64,000 nt of DNA from the NCBI RefSeq assembly GCF_006345805.1, contig NC_042998.1:100812001-100876000 (forward strand). Reading direction: 5' to 3'. Positions within the stretch are counted from its first letter, which is position 1; each line of letters starts with the position of its first letter. The DNA is from Octopus sinensis (Eukaryota). Of this stretch, positions 25,499-37,953 are shown piece after piece. A model generated the notes under the pieces. That model was not told where the DNA came from and made no database searches. It saw only the letters and a list, made by a program, of their open reading frames with translations. The position numbers and the translations under genes are program-made.

Positions 25499-27658
25499 CA
25501 TAGTTGCATCAAAATGCTGAATACTCCTATCATTCATCCCTCTATCTGTCTTATCCTTTCTTTCCACCCATTCCATGGAGTGGTTGGTGAGCAAACAGAA
25601 CTGCAGTCAAAAGGTCCCTTTAGTTATGTCATGGATATGGCTACTGCTGTGGTCTTAGCGCCATGGAAAAAATGTGCCCAGTTCACTGTCTAAAATGAAA
25701 TGTTGAAAGGAACAGTTAGATTGGTCAAGAACACAGTGCCTCCCTAGTGTTAGTACCAGTCAGCAAGAAAACAGTTCTGTTACCCATCTAGATGAACAGC
25801 AACCATGAATTTGTGCTGACTGCAACTGTGGTGTGCCATCAAACATATGCCAGCATGGAAAAATGGATATATGATGATGATCATCATCATCATGATGATA
25901 TAAGTGCAGATTTGGCAGGTGTGATTTAAAAGGTTACTTTGCATCCATGTGGTTTTGGATCCAGTTCCACTGCATGGTACCTTGAGCGACTATTTTCAAC
26001 TGTAGTCAAACAAAGCTTTATGAATGAATTTAATAGATGGAAACTGTGAAGAAGCCTATTGTGTAAGCGTACACACACACACACATGCACACACAGACAC
26101 ATACACACATATAGATATGTACGTATCTATGGGTGTGTGAGTGTACGAATGAGTGTATCACTTTGTCTCCTCGTGATAGTTGTTTTCTGATAGTTAACAA
26201 AGTCACTGTTCATACAAAAGAAATACAAAAAAAAAAACAGTGTTGTAAACAATTGTTTGACAGTTGAGCTGTCTGTGTTCAAAGGACTGGGGTAACTGCT
26301 AAATTACACAGATAAGGACTTGTTTGGAAAGAGGTAAGGGTTGGCAGGAGGAAGAGCATCTAACCAGAGAAAATCTACCTTTTTATCTGACCCATGCAGA
26401 TATGGATACATGGACCTTAAGAAACAATGATGATAATGATGGTGGTGACATTGGTGGATATATATCCATATATCAGAAAAGCTGAGAATAAAGATGATCA
26501 AGTTTTAAAAGGAGAGAATGAAATCCAAAAGAACCATTTCAGTAGAATAACATGAATACAATTTGACATATCGAATAAATAAATAAATATCAATGTAGAA
26601 AGTGGGGTATAGGTAGAATAAATAAATGAAAAATTAAACTGTGATGACAGCAGTGAGTTGAGATTTAGCTCCAGATCAGCCCTAATCAAGCAAACCTACC
26701 ATCAAAGCCATTCCAGTAATAACCCACTATTTTTTAAAACTTTTTTTTTAACTTCATATTGTTCAATGAAGCACTCCTTTTTAAATCTTTAGTTACCATA
26801 TTTCTGCTGAAATATACTGCTTTTGCTTCAATTAATTTAAAAAATAATGAATTTAACATGAAATTTTGATGGAAGGATTTAACTCAGACCAGTTGAAAAC
26901 ATGAAGTTTATATCATTGAAACCAAAAACGGTGCCAGGCCAGCTGATATCAAAAAGGTGAAGATAGGATGTGAACGAAGAAAGATTTCACTGCTATTTCT
27001 AGCAGATAAAGTGACAACATAGAATCACTTACTTTTCCATGGGAAGGGAAGCTGTTGGGAGGGTGTTCAGCTGTAAGTAATCTCATTAATTATAATTTAT
27101 TATAAACTCCTGTACAAATTATAAATCATTATTAGCTGTTTCCTTAGCAGGATTAGAATTGCAGTTTCTAATTTATTAAATAAGCTGTTTGGTCTGCAAA
27201 CAATACAAAATCTGAACATTTCAACTTCTATGCTAAGCAGTCACTTAACTAATAAAACCTTGTGATATTTATTGCTTGAGAATACATAATTGCTGAGAAT
27301 TTTTTTTTTTTTTGAGAATTCCGTTTTTTTGAGAATTCCTTTTTTTTTTTGCTTTTATTTTACTAAATTAATTTTTCATTGTTGGTGTATGAGAAATATT
27401 ACTGCACACACACACTTCCGTGTGTGCATGTGCAAATATGAATACATATGTATACACACACACACTTTGATATGTAGATAGATATACATATGCATATACA
27501 TACAAACACACTCTGTAAAGTGGTTGTGTAGGAAATACATCCAGCTGCAGAAACCATACCAAAACAGACATTGGAACTTCACACAGTTCTCTGGTTTGTT
27601 GGTTACCATCAAACTGTCCAATCCATACCAGCATTAAAAAAAGGACATTAAATGATGA

Positions 27659-27689
<31 letters not shown>

Positions 27690-27740
27690 CTACGTCCTCG
27701 CATTGTTCTTTTTTTCATGTTTGTTCTTTGTTTGGATTGA

Positions 27741-28255
27741 GCAGGAGTGGCTGTGTAGTAAGAAGCTTGCTTCCCAACCATAAGGTTCTGGGTTCAGTCC
27801 CACAATGTAGCACCTTTGGCAAATGTCTTCTTCTAGAGTCTTGGGCCAGCCCAATCCTTGTGAGTGGATTTGATAGATGCAAACTGAAAGAAGCCTGACT
27901 GGGCCTGGTGCAGCCTCCTGGCTTCCCAGACCCCAGTTGAACCGTCCAGCATGGAAAACGGATGTTAAACGATGATGATGATGATGATGATGATATATAT
28001 ATATATGTGTGTGTATGTATGTATGTATGTATTTGCATGTCTGTGTTTGTCCCCACCACCATCACTTGACAACCAATGTTGGTGTGTTTATGTCCCTGTA
28101 ACTGGGTGGTTTGGCAAAATAGACCACTAGAATAAGTACTAGGCTTACAAAGAATAAATCCTGGTGTCGATTTCTTCGACTAAAAGACGGTGCTCCAGTA
28201 TGGCCACAGCCAAATGACTGAAACAAGTAAGAAGAATAAAAAAGAAAAAGAATAA
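27741..28255 (+). mobile_element. SINE family A with nested RTE 3' fragment (about 27897-27993)
   Basis: Full head, core and tail; internal cagcatggaaaacggatgttaaac(gat)n piece. Confidence 0.8.
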
Positions 28256-28268
28256 ATATATTATTTTA

Positions 28269-28475
28269 TTCTTTTACTTGTTTCAGTCATCTGGCTGTGG
28301 CCTTGCCGGAGCACCACCTTGAAGGGGTTTTAGTTGAACAAATTGACCCCAGGACTTATTTCTCAAACCTAATACATATTCTATCGGTTTCTTTTGCCAA
28401 ACCACTAAGTTATGAGAATGTAAACACACCAATGCTGGTTGTCAAGCAGTGATGGAGAGACAAACAGACACAAAG
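28269..28475 (-). mobile_element. SINE family A 3' half, inverted and tail-to-tail with the previous copy
   Basis: Reverse complement of 28050-28235. Confidence 0.75.
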
Positions 28476-28516
28476 ACACACACACACGTAGATATATACA
28501 TATTCCTATATGTATA

Positions 28517-28770
28517 TATGAGGTCTGAACAATAAGTATCCAGACTGTTGCCATAGTAACAAAGCTAAAGCATGCAGAGTGATGCCACCTGACAAAGATT
28601 GACCTCAAACTCTGCTGTGCATGCACACTAAGTTTTAACATTCTAGCTTACTTCCGCTGTTTACAGAGATTCTTGGAAGGAAGGTGTGTAGTGTGTAATT
28701 GTCGCATTGACCATGATAGAAAGTTGTCATGGTGATACCTGCTTAGAGGCTTATGCAAAATTGCAGAAAA
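28517..28770 (+). mobile_element. Mariner-like 5' end fragment
   Basis: ta-tgaggtctgaacaataagtatcc mariner-type TIR start. Confidence 0.45.
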
Positions 28771-29757
28771 AACCTGAAAGAACTTTATTTTATAACAATA
28801 CTTCTACAACTTATTTAACTCATTTTTTTTTTATGAATGTTGCTGAAAAAAAAATTCTCTAAATTACTGCCTCATACAAACTAGTACTTTAATAAACTTT
28901 TGGAAGCTAATCCATGCTATTTATTGCATTGAATAATAGTCCCACTTAATCTGATAGAGTCTTTCTTTTGGTATTGTATAGAAAATATAAGAAAGCTTAT
29001 GATACACACTTTATTGTTATTATTTCTGCCATTAGCAATTCGTTTCTATAAATAGAAAGGAAGTTTAGCAAATTAGCATGCAGGAGAAAAGGACCTGTTA
29101 GTATACAAAAGATAAGATTATCCACTACAGCCACCAATGTAAAAATATCGAGATCTATTGAGGCAATAAAGTTCTAAACCATGGTGTCACTTCATACTGT
29201 TCAACTTTTGACTACTAGCATCAGCTGGGTGAAAATGTTTTTCCAAATTGAAGCAACACATACACAGCTGTAGTTCAAGTGTTTATCATATTTACTTTCT
29301 CCCACCATCTGACCAACATCAAGCCATGTAATTGGTAGGGCGAGCGACAGTATTTACTAAACGTTAACACTGACCTTATATATCGCCTGTAAGATCAACC
29401 AGCAGAACTGTGGCTGACTATAACGGGACCAAAAAACGTCAATGAAATTCAGTAGCCTTTAAAGGGTGGAGGATTGGTTATTAGAAATAGCAAAGAGGAG
29501 ACACAGATCTGCACAGAGTGAGATCTAAAACTCAGATTAGTTCTATGCATAAATAAATATGCTTGCTACTCAAAACCTGAAAAGCTAATAAGACGCTTGG
29601 CTCCTGTTTCAATAGCGATATATGTATAGGGGCAAGTTTGTAATTATATTTGCTAACATAATCATGTAATAATCATAATTATTGACAGTATTTATATTTC
29701 GTATGCATTATTGTTCTACATACATATATGCATATGTTTGATGGGTGTGTGAGTATA

Positions 29758-29798
<41 letters not shown>

Positions 29799-29924
29799 CA
29801 TACGTGTGTGTGTGTGTGTATACTTGTTTGTGTGTGTATATATGTATATATATGTATGTCAATGTATCATATATCCAAATAAGAAGCACACTCTAAAGAA
29901 TAGAGCAGTAAATTATTAAAGTAA

Positions 29925-30087
29925 TAAAGTTAATGTCTGGTCATAGAACGACCAATGGTTTCACATCCACAAAAGACGTAGCTCTGTGGAGTTAATTTTC
30001 AGACTAGACTCTGTAGAGTTGTCCATGAAGCTATGGCTTTTGTGGATTCAAAACCAATGGTCATTCTATGATTAGACATTAACTTTA
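29925..30087. mobile_element. Older Penelope-like fold-back remnant
   Basis: Imperfect inverted arms (taaagttaatgtct..ccaatggttt..tccacaaaag); minus strand has GAAACCATTGGTC (hammerhead stem III plus GUC); next to (TA)n. Confidence 0.5.
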
Positions 30088-30095
30088 ATATATAT

Positions 30096-30128
<33 letters not shown>

Positions 30129-30569
30129 CTATATATATATATATATTAGAAGAAATGAGGTACTCAGAAAATCGGATGGTTTTATATTTACAGGTATTTA
30201 TTTGTGTTTACGCCTCCGTAACTTAGTGGTTCGACAAAACAGACCGATAGAATAAGTACTAGGCTTACAAAGAATAAGTCCTGGGGTCGATTTGTTCGAC
30301 TAAAGGTGGTACTCCAGCATGGCCGCAGTCAAATGACTGAAACAAGTAAAAGAATATATATGTGAGAACAGTGGAGTGGCAGACAAGTTACAGTACCGGA
30401 CTGAAATGCCTTGTATTTTGTAATACCCCTTTTTACACCCTGGTTTGAAATTGCTATTGTTTATACATTCCGATACACACACACACACACACTGAAGTAA
30501 CTTAAACACGTACGGTTATATATTAGGTCATTTTCTCAATAATATGATTTTAATTTAGTTCTATATTTA

Positions 30570-30797
30570 AGAGACGAGGAATTATGTACATTATTTACAT
30601 TCGACGGATATTAGTCCTCATCTTGTTTGTTGTTGACACAACATTTCGGCTGATATACCTCCAGCCTTCTTCAGGTGTCTTGGGGAAATTTCGAACCTGG
30701 GTTCTCATTCCTAAGGTATATACCTTAGGTATATCAGCCGAAACGTTGTGTTAACAACAAACAAGATGAGGACAAATATCCGTCGAATGTAAATAAT
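30570..30797. mobile_element. Penelope-like fold-back remnant
   Basis: Inverted arms 30590-30660 / 30727-30797; 20-bp perfect palindrome at 30710-30729. Confidence 0.65.
30635..30679 (-). ncRNA. Minimal type-I hammerhead ribozyme-like motif
   Basis: Minus strand: gacac-CTGAAGA-a-ggctg-gaggtatat-cagcc-GAAA-tgt-t-gtgtc; the sister arm keeps GAAACGTT. Confidence 0.6.
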
Positions 30798-31135
30798 CTA
30801 AATGATTTTAATTTGCTGTTAGGTTAATTCGTTGCACAAGACGTTAGTCAACTGCAGATGATATCTCACGATATCCGTCATCTAGGTAAACTAAAACAGG
30901 ATTAAATATCCTGCTTAAATACAGAATTATGAGGATGTTAGCCCAAATTGTGGAGGTGTTGGAGACTGAAAAGGTGGTCAGACTAGTTTATTACTGTTTC
31001 TCTCTCTTTAATTTTGAAACTTCACCGATCTTTTCCATTTCAAGTTGTAGATACTGTAAATTAGCGGTATGAAGCTAGATATGTAATGTCATTACGCACA
31101 CACACACGTCTTTGTGTATGTGTGTGAGAATCTAC

Positions 31136-31275
31136 CCTGTCCCGTACATTTGTAAGTAGTGTTTCCATAACTTGTGCATCGTCAGGTGAAACTGCTTCAG
31201 ATCTTCAGGATCGGTAGCATATTCTATTCAAGATACAAGTTTTAAGAATCCTGTGTATGACAGCGCCTTCTCGGC
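31136..31275 (-). other. Candidate minus-strand exon (probably 5' UTR or start region)
   Basis: Strong acceptor tttctttttcttttccgttttgttag; weak donor cagg|gtagat; unique non-repeat sequence; no frame is open throughout. Confidence 0.25.
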
Positions 31276-31914
31276 CTAACAAAACGGAAAAGAAAAAGAA
31301 AGAAATGACGCATTCCCTCTATCACTCATTCTTCTAAAAAAAAAAAAAGAAAATAGGGCAAGGGATATTTACTTTCACTGTCAGTAATTAATACAATACA
31401 GCTATAGATATACAAAAGAATTTTATTATCTGAACAGAAAAAAAAAATGTATTATCTAAAATGGAACGATATACATAAAATATTTATAATCATTTGGAAG
31501 ATTAAGAGAGAAAATAAAAATAAAAAAAGTATTAAAATGGCTCCTGTTTAAAAATAGAAATCTGGAGAAAGCTTCCATTTTATATTGTGTTTAAAATTTA
31601 TATACAGTGAGATAATTCTAGCTTAGTCATAAATTAACCCTAGTTTACATTTAGTCGAAAAGAATCGCATGGTTTCGAGCAAAAAAAGTGTTCCTTTAAT
31701 GGTACTGCATTTATTTCCGAGCAATAAACTAAATTTGTTTATTCCCCCCCATATTTAATGGATTCTAATTTAATGATCTATAACTATTAAGGTAACCAAC
31801 ATTTGTCCAGTTATTTGGGGACTATCTTGTACTTTCATTGTACAGTGATGGAATGTACGTACAGATACCATTTAATAACCAATTTAACTTACATCTACTG
31901 AACCAACGTGAGAA

Positions 31915-32152
31915 CCTCGGGTTCATAACCATTTTTCACCTGTGGACCCCTTCGATTCCTATTTTACTCGGATGGACCTTCCTAACCATTCGATGTTTCA
32001 AAAAATCATATTATATTTTTATAATTAAATATTATTAAGAATTGAAATTTTAAAAAATGTTAAAGCATTGTAGAAATATGACCAATTTTTTATCACATAA
32101 ATGTTAACAACAAAATCATATACGGGCTATACGGACTCCAGTTGAGAACTGC
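31915..32152. mobile_element. hAT-like MITE
   Basis: gggttcataacc..tggacccc / ggactccagttgagaact termini typical of MER5/Charlie-like MITEs. Confidence 0.45.
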
Positions 32153-32361
32153 TCTAAACGGTCGAACATCAACCAGGAAATAGTAGCCATGTCACCCTCA
32201 AATCACAGGCTACCGTTATAAAAAACAAAAAGACACTTTAAACACTGTAGCCCTTGATACATAATCTGAAATTAGGGGGATTGACAGGGGTGTTACAAGG
32301 AGATTTCTGTATTATTGTTCCGCTCAGTTAAAGTAGACTAAGTTTAGACACAACCACCTAA

Positions 32362-32721
32362 TCTCTCTATATATAAACAGCAAAATGTCTGCTTGTGTGT
32401 CCTTTATACAAATCCACAATTTTTCAGTTAGAGGGCTCGCACTTTCTATGGTCATTTAAAACCGCCCAAGGCTGGTCGTGCATATCTTTACATTTCCCTA
32501 GTCACCCCGCAAAGCCATTAACAAATCAATAGAAGTTACTTTTTTGTGAATTTTCTATCCAAAACCCAATCAAAATGCCTGAAACTTGATACACCAATTG
32601 AATGCCAGCTAGCTGTATGTGATTGGTCGGAGATTTGGACAGTACTCGCGTGTATGTGCGCACGCAGCTGTATATGCTTACACTAGCACTATGACCCGGC
32701 AACGTCGGGTCATAGTGCTAG
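32362..32721 (+). mobile_element. Complete non-autonomous Helitron (about 360 bp)
   Basis: A|TC..TATATATAAA 5' end, GC-rich 3' hairpin, CTAG|T 3' end, no TSD. Confidence 0.85.
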
Positions 32722-34699
32722 TTAGTGATAAAAAATATCACCCAAAACTTTATGTGCAGATTTAATCAGTGACAATGAAATATAGTGAATAAAATAATTA
32801 CTTCATAAAATTTTAGTGAATTTTTTTACTGTTCAGCTAGTTACTGAATAGTTTCCTTTATAGAATAATTTTATTAGTCAAATATTTCAGTTCCTCCAAA
32901 GACTATCCCAAAAGTCAAAATCCTGTAATAGATGGCCAGTTTCTTTCACCTCTCTTTCTTTTTTCTCCTATGCACACATTCCATCATTTTATCTATTTAT
33001 TTATGTTTGCTTATTTGGGTTCACTTACATTTCGGCCAAGGAATTCTCTTGAATTACACCAAGAACTTTTTACAAAGAACAACATTGACAGTTAACGGTA
33101 AATTCCAGACGACATTGTTAGACATAATACCCTAACCCCTTTTGACTTATCTTCGCTGCTAATCTCCGACTCTATCATCACTCGCATCACACACACACAC
33201 ACACACACACACGCTACACTTCCCCCGCCAACTAACGACATTACATTCCTTACTAGAAAATATCACACGCAAATCACACATATACCGTTACCACTATCAA
33301 CAGAACATCAACAACTAAAGCACAATACACACACGCACACACAGAACCAGAGGGCGTTTCTACGAGGTCACTCGACTTGCTGGAAAATAACAGCAACCAA
33401 ATTTCTTTCAAATCACATTTTGCTATCTTATAAAATGAAGGACACATTAGATAATATAATCCAAGATAGACTATGCCTGAGTATTTGCTAGAAAATAGTA
33501 ACCAAATTTCCTTCAAATCACATTTTGCTATTTTATAAAAAGTACATATTAGATAACGTAGTCCTAGATTATGCTTGAGTAAAAAGATGGTATAGCCATA
33601 GCTGGAACGTCTTTGACAGGTCAGTTCGATCAGATCTGACCTGGGGGCGATGCAAGTACAGACACACGAGCACAACACCAGTTCCTCCCCAGCTCCATCA
33701 TTATTACACAAATTCACATCTATACATATTACCAGCTACATACACAGAGCCGTCAAAACTGACACATGTAATATAAACATAGGCACGCACAGACACGCAG
33801 TTTCACACACACACATACACACGTGTATGTATGTCAATAAGGAAGCCACTAAGAGGTCGTTCGAGTTGCTAAAAATAACAGTAAAATTTCCCTCAACTCA
33901 TACCCTAAAGTCTTTCTTGAAAAAAGTACATATTGTATGATATAGTCCTAAATACCCTATGTCCGAATAAAAGACTGGAGGTTATGGCTAGAATGACTTT
34001 GATCCTAATTTGACTCATAACAACAGAGGCACCTCATTGGAGTCGTTTGACTTGCTAGAAATAGTATCAAATTTCCTCAAATTACACCCTGTCAACTTAA
34101 AAAAGGAGGAATACATTGAAAAATAGTAGTCAAAGCTAGAATGCTTTTGGTCATAGATCGGCTCGATTAGGGCTAACCTGGAATTAAACAAGACCATCAA
34201 CATAAACGTATACCACTGAGTGTCATATATACCGGGCATGACTTATCGACAGCGATATGAACATACACTGTGGTCTCATATAACAAAATGTGACATAAAC
34301 ATACACACACTATCGTCTCATTTACGACAGCTACGTGAAAATACAGGCACACTGCCGATTTTATATACTCTCGCTTTCCTCGTCTACAAAAACAAGTCTG
34401 AAGCAAGTTGTGAAGTTGGATTTATCCATTACATTTGATGACAGTTCTGAGTAGATTTGTCATCAGTAACATATTCCGAACAAACAACGAAACTGTTGTA
34501 TTTATGTGTATGTTTCGTTTGTTTGTTTATTCGTTTGTCACGAAATGAATCAAGGAAGAAAAAGATAAGAGAAACGGAGTAAGAAAAAAAAAAGGGGGAA
34601 AAATATAGAATAAAACATGGGGGAAAAGGAATGGATGGAAGCGGAAAATGAAAGTTTAAAGGGCGATAGAGAGAAAAAAGGACTTATTGCAGAAAGAAT

Positions 34700-34923
34700 T
34701 TTTCTACTCTATGCACAAGGTCCGAAATTTTGGGGGAGTGAGGGGTGGGTGGGGCAGTCGATTAGAACGACTCCAGTTCGTAGCTGGTACTTAATTTATC
34801 GACCCCGAAAGGATGAAAGGCAAAGTCGACCTCGGCGGAATTTGAACTCACAACGCAGCGGCGGACGAAATACTCCTAAGCAGTTCGCCCGGCGTGCTAA
34901 CGTTTCTGCCAGCTCGCCGCCTT
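34700..34923 (-). mobile_element. SINE family B (tRNA head plus Nin/Deu-like domain), young copy with 17-bp TSD
   Basis: TSD cttattgcagaaagaat at 34683-34699 and 34924-34940; A/B boxes (tggcagaaacgttagc, gagttcaaattcc); gcctttcatcctttcggggtcgataaattaagtacc core. Confidence 0.9.
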
Positions 34924-35031
34924 CTTATTGCAGAAAGAATGAAAGGTAGAAAGAAAGGAATGGAGAGGAGGATCGAACGAGTGAGGCAAAGGTTTGAGAG
35001 AGAGTGAGAGATACAAAAAGAGGCAAAGGTT

Positions 35032-35032
<1 letters not shown>

Positions 35033-35092
<60 letters not shown>
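35033..35092. repeat. (GA)n microsatellite
   Basis: Directly visible. Confidence 0.95.
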
Positions 35093-35095
<3 letters not shown>

Positions 35096-35436
35096 GTCTG
35101 TCAAACCAGAAAAACAGAAAGAGACGAAGGAAAAAATAGACAAAGTTGAAAACGGGAAAACAAGAAAGGAGAAAACTAGTTTAAAAAAAGGGGGCGGGGG
35201 AACAATAAAGAAAAGTGTTAAAGGAAACGAAAAGAGGAAAGAAATCGGAAGATGATAATAAAAGAATGCAAGAGAGACGATAAAAGATAAAATAGAGGAA
35301 AAGATCGAAAGAATTTACTATTATTTACAAGATCCTATATTATTTTACTAGTGTCGAACTTAACATATTTCGGTTGAAAATAAATAACTGCGCATACATA
35401 ATTACTCTTAGCTCCGATACCAAAACACGTCTCTCC

Positions 35437-35468
<32 letters not shown>

Positions 35469-36095
35469 GAGAAAAGGTGAGATACAGAAAAATTAATGAA
35501 AAAGGACTTAAATATGGAACACCTCTCGTCAGCCATGCAGTCTAGAATCAGCGTAGTTTCAGTGGTTGTCAATATCATAATAACCATTACAGAGAAAAAG
35601 ACTTAGAACATTGAGGAAAATAACGTACTAGTGAGGCGAGAAATTACACACAAATGCATGTAATACGCACACAAACAAACTCATACAAATTAATAAATAT
35701 GAAGCACGACATACTATAATAACCATTCATATACTTATAATAGATTGTAATTATTATCACAAATAAATCAGGATTAGCGTGTTATAGTTTTTGTTTAATG
35801 GTTATGCACTATTTGTAGTTTTATATTCAGAAATGTCTCTGGTAGTCTTCAGATGTAAAACACAAGCATTCAATGCGAATATTAAAGCAACAGTCATGTG
35901 ATTTCGAGTTCAATCCCACTGGTCTAGCAAACAGTAGCGTAGCTAGAGTAGGGTCTGCCCCGGGCGACGCATTTATAAGGACAGCAACTTTTGGTTCTAC
36001 TGTATAAACCTGTTTCCTGGTTTCAGCCCGCCAGTGCAATACACATGTGCAGTCATGATACTATGGAGTTGGCCTTCACGAGGTAGGCGGTGTGA

Positions 36096-36420
36096 AGGCG
36101 CATAGCTTAGTGGTTAGGAGCATTCGGCTCATGACCAAACGGTTGTGAGTATAATACCTGACGGTGCGTTGCGTCCTTGAGCAAGGCATTTTATTTTCAA
36201 GTTGCCCCAGTTCCCTCAGCTAATAAAAATGAGTAGTACTCGTATTTCGAAAGGTCAGCCTTGTCACATTCTGTGTTACGTTGATTCTTCTTGAGCACTA
36301 CGGTAAGGGTACGTGTATCTGTGGAATGCTCAACTACTTGCACGTTCATTTCACGAGCAGGTTGTTCCTTTGATCGAATCAGCTGGAATACTTGTCGCCG
36401 CAACCGACGGAATTCCAGTA
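36096..36420 (+). mobile_element. SINE family C
   Basis: ggcgcatagcttagtggttagg tRNA-like head, gtccttgagcaaggc core; 3' half matches 49246-49420 in reverse. Confidence 0.75.
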
Positions 36421-36710
36421 TAGACTGTATTGCCGGGGATGAGAGAAACTTAAAGGTTCACCCAGGCGGCACACACTCTAGCTGTGCCATTTGCTGATAC
36501 ATTGCACTAGTGTCTTGGGAATCTGGTACACAAAAACAGTATAGAAATTTGTCATTACAAACATACACACATTGTGTGTGTATGTGTACATACATATGCA
36601 TGCCAAGCAAATATAACATTAGAGACAAATAACAGCAATATTGTTACTAATATAGGTGCGAGGCATGAAATTTGAGGGGAACAGAAACGCCAAATAAATC
36701 AACCTCAGTA

Positions 36711-37953
36711 GGGGAGATCGGGTCTAGTTGCTACATTTTTTTCATTTTTTTCCTTGGCTCCCACATAAATGAACACAGCTGAAGTTTCTTTTCAGATTTA
36801 ATTAGTAAAACATCTTTATTTATTGTTATCATCAGCAGAAAACAGAAATTACGTAACATTAGTTAGACAGGTTCTAATTGATGAGGTGGTGTCAGCTGTA
36901 ACAATTTTCCCCGAGTGCGGTGTACGTTGTGACACTTACTGGGGTATTTTGTTATAACTATTGATAACTTGGAATTATGTTAACAAACAAGTTTAAAATG
37001 AATACGTCTTCTGCATCTTGAATCTAGGAAGTATTATTTTAATTAATTAAACTGTGCTTTGAACCACTTCATATCCTAACTGTGATACTGAGAGTCCTCA
37101 TCAGCCAATTTTCCCATTGTTACATGTGCCATCTAGTCGGAATCGTCCTCCATTAACTTCTCAGCATACAGATCTGACAGTCGTCCATTGGTACAGTCAG
37201 TGTGTGCCCAGTCTTTACAGATCATGCATTGCACCCATTCTTCACCTGGAAGGGAGTTGGAATACCAATCTGAGCAAACAAGGCATTTCCAATCGGCGAC
37301 TTGCCTGCTGCGAGGCTGCTTTCTTTGCCTTTACCTGTTTTAGTTGACTTTCCCCTTCCCCTTTGTTGCCTTTTCTGTACCAGTTGCTTTCTTTGGTTTG
37401 GATTTCCGTTCGTTTATTTCATCCCCTATGCACCGTTTTACGGCAACATCTTGTAATATTTTTTTTTCATCTGCAACTTTTCTGGCGGTTCTTTCCATGA
37501 CATCAGGAGGGGTATTCCTCCTTGTAGTCTTCCTTTTGTAATTTCTAGGCATGGCGTGTTAAACTGAAACAGAAGGGGTAAGTTGATACACTGTAACAAT
37601 TAGCCCCGACCATGGATTTTTGGGGATTACCTCGTACACTAGCAATGCATGGCATCCAGGACACACCTTCATGTATCGAAGGCAACTTCCAACACTTCCT
37701 AATCAGCCACAAACTACTTTAGTAACACCACCCGTGCTTTAGTAGTTAAGGAAATAACTTTGTGACAAAATTTCACTTTTGGAGTGAAAAATCGTTTTTT
37801 GAGCCATACTTTTCCTGGTGACAGCCCGCCAGTGCAATACACATGTGCAGTCATGATGCTATGGGGTTGGCCTTCATGAGGTAGAGACTCGAGTGCCACC
37901 TATTTCTTGAAGTTGGAAACAATGGGCTTGCAACAACTAGATCCGGTCTCTCA
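36711..37953 (-). mobile_element. Internally deleted pogo-like DNA transposon inserted in a family B SINE
   Basis: 20-bp TIRs ggggagatcgggtctagttg / caactagatccggtctctca with TA duplications; MPRNYKRKT N-terminus (37552) and PHD-like CLVC..EEWVQCMICKDWAHTDC remnant; the SINE resumes on both sides. Confidence 0.85.

Noticed and set aside
27033-27070. Possible 38-nt minus-strand micro-exon (ttacag|...|gtaagt)
   Set aside because: Weak polypyrimidine tract, no recognisable peptide, and a competing plus-strand donor.
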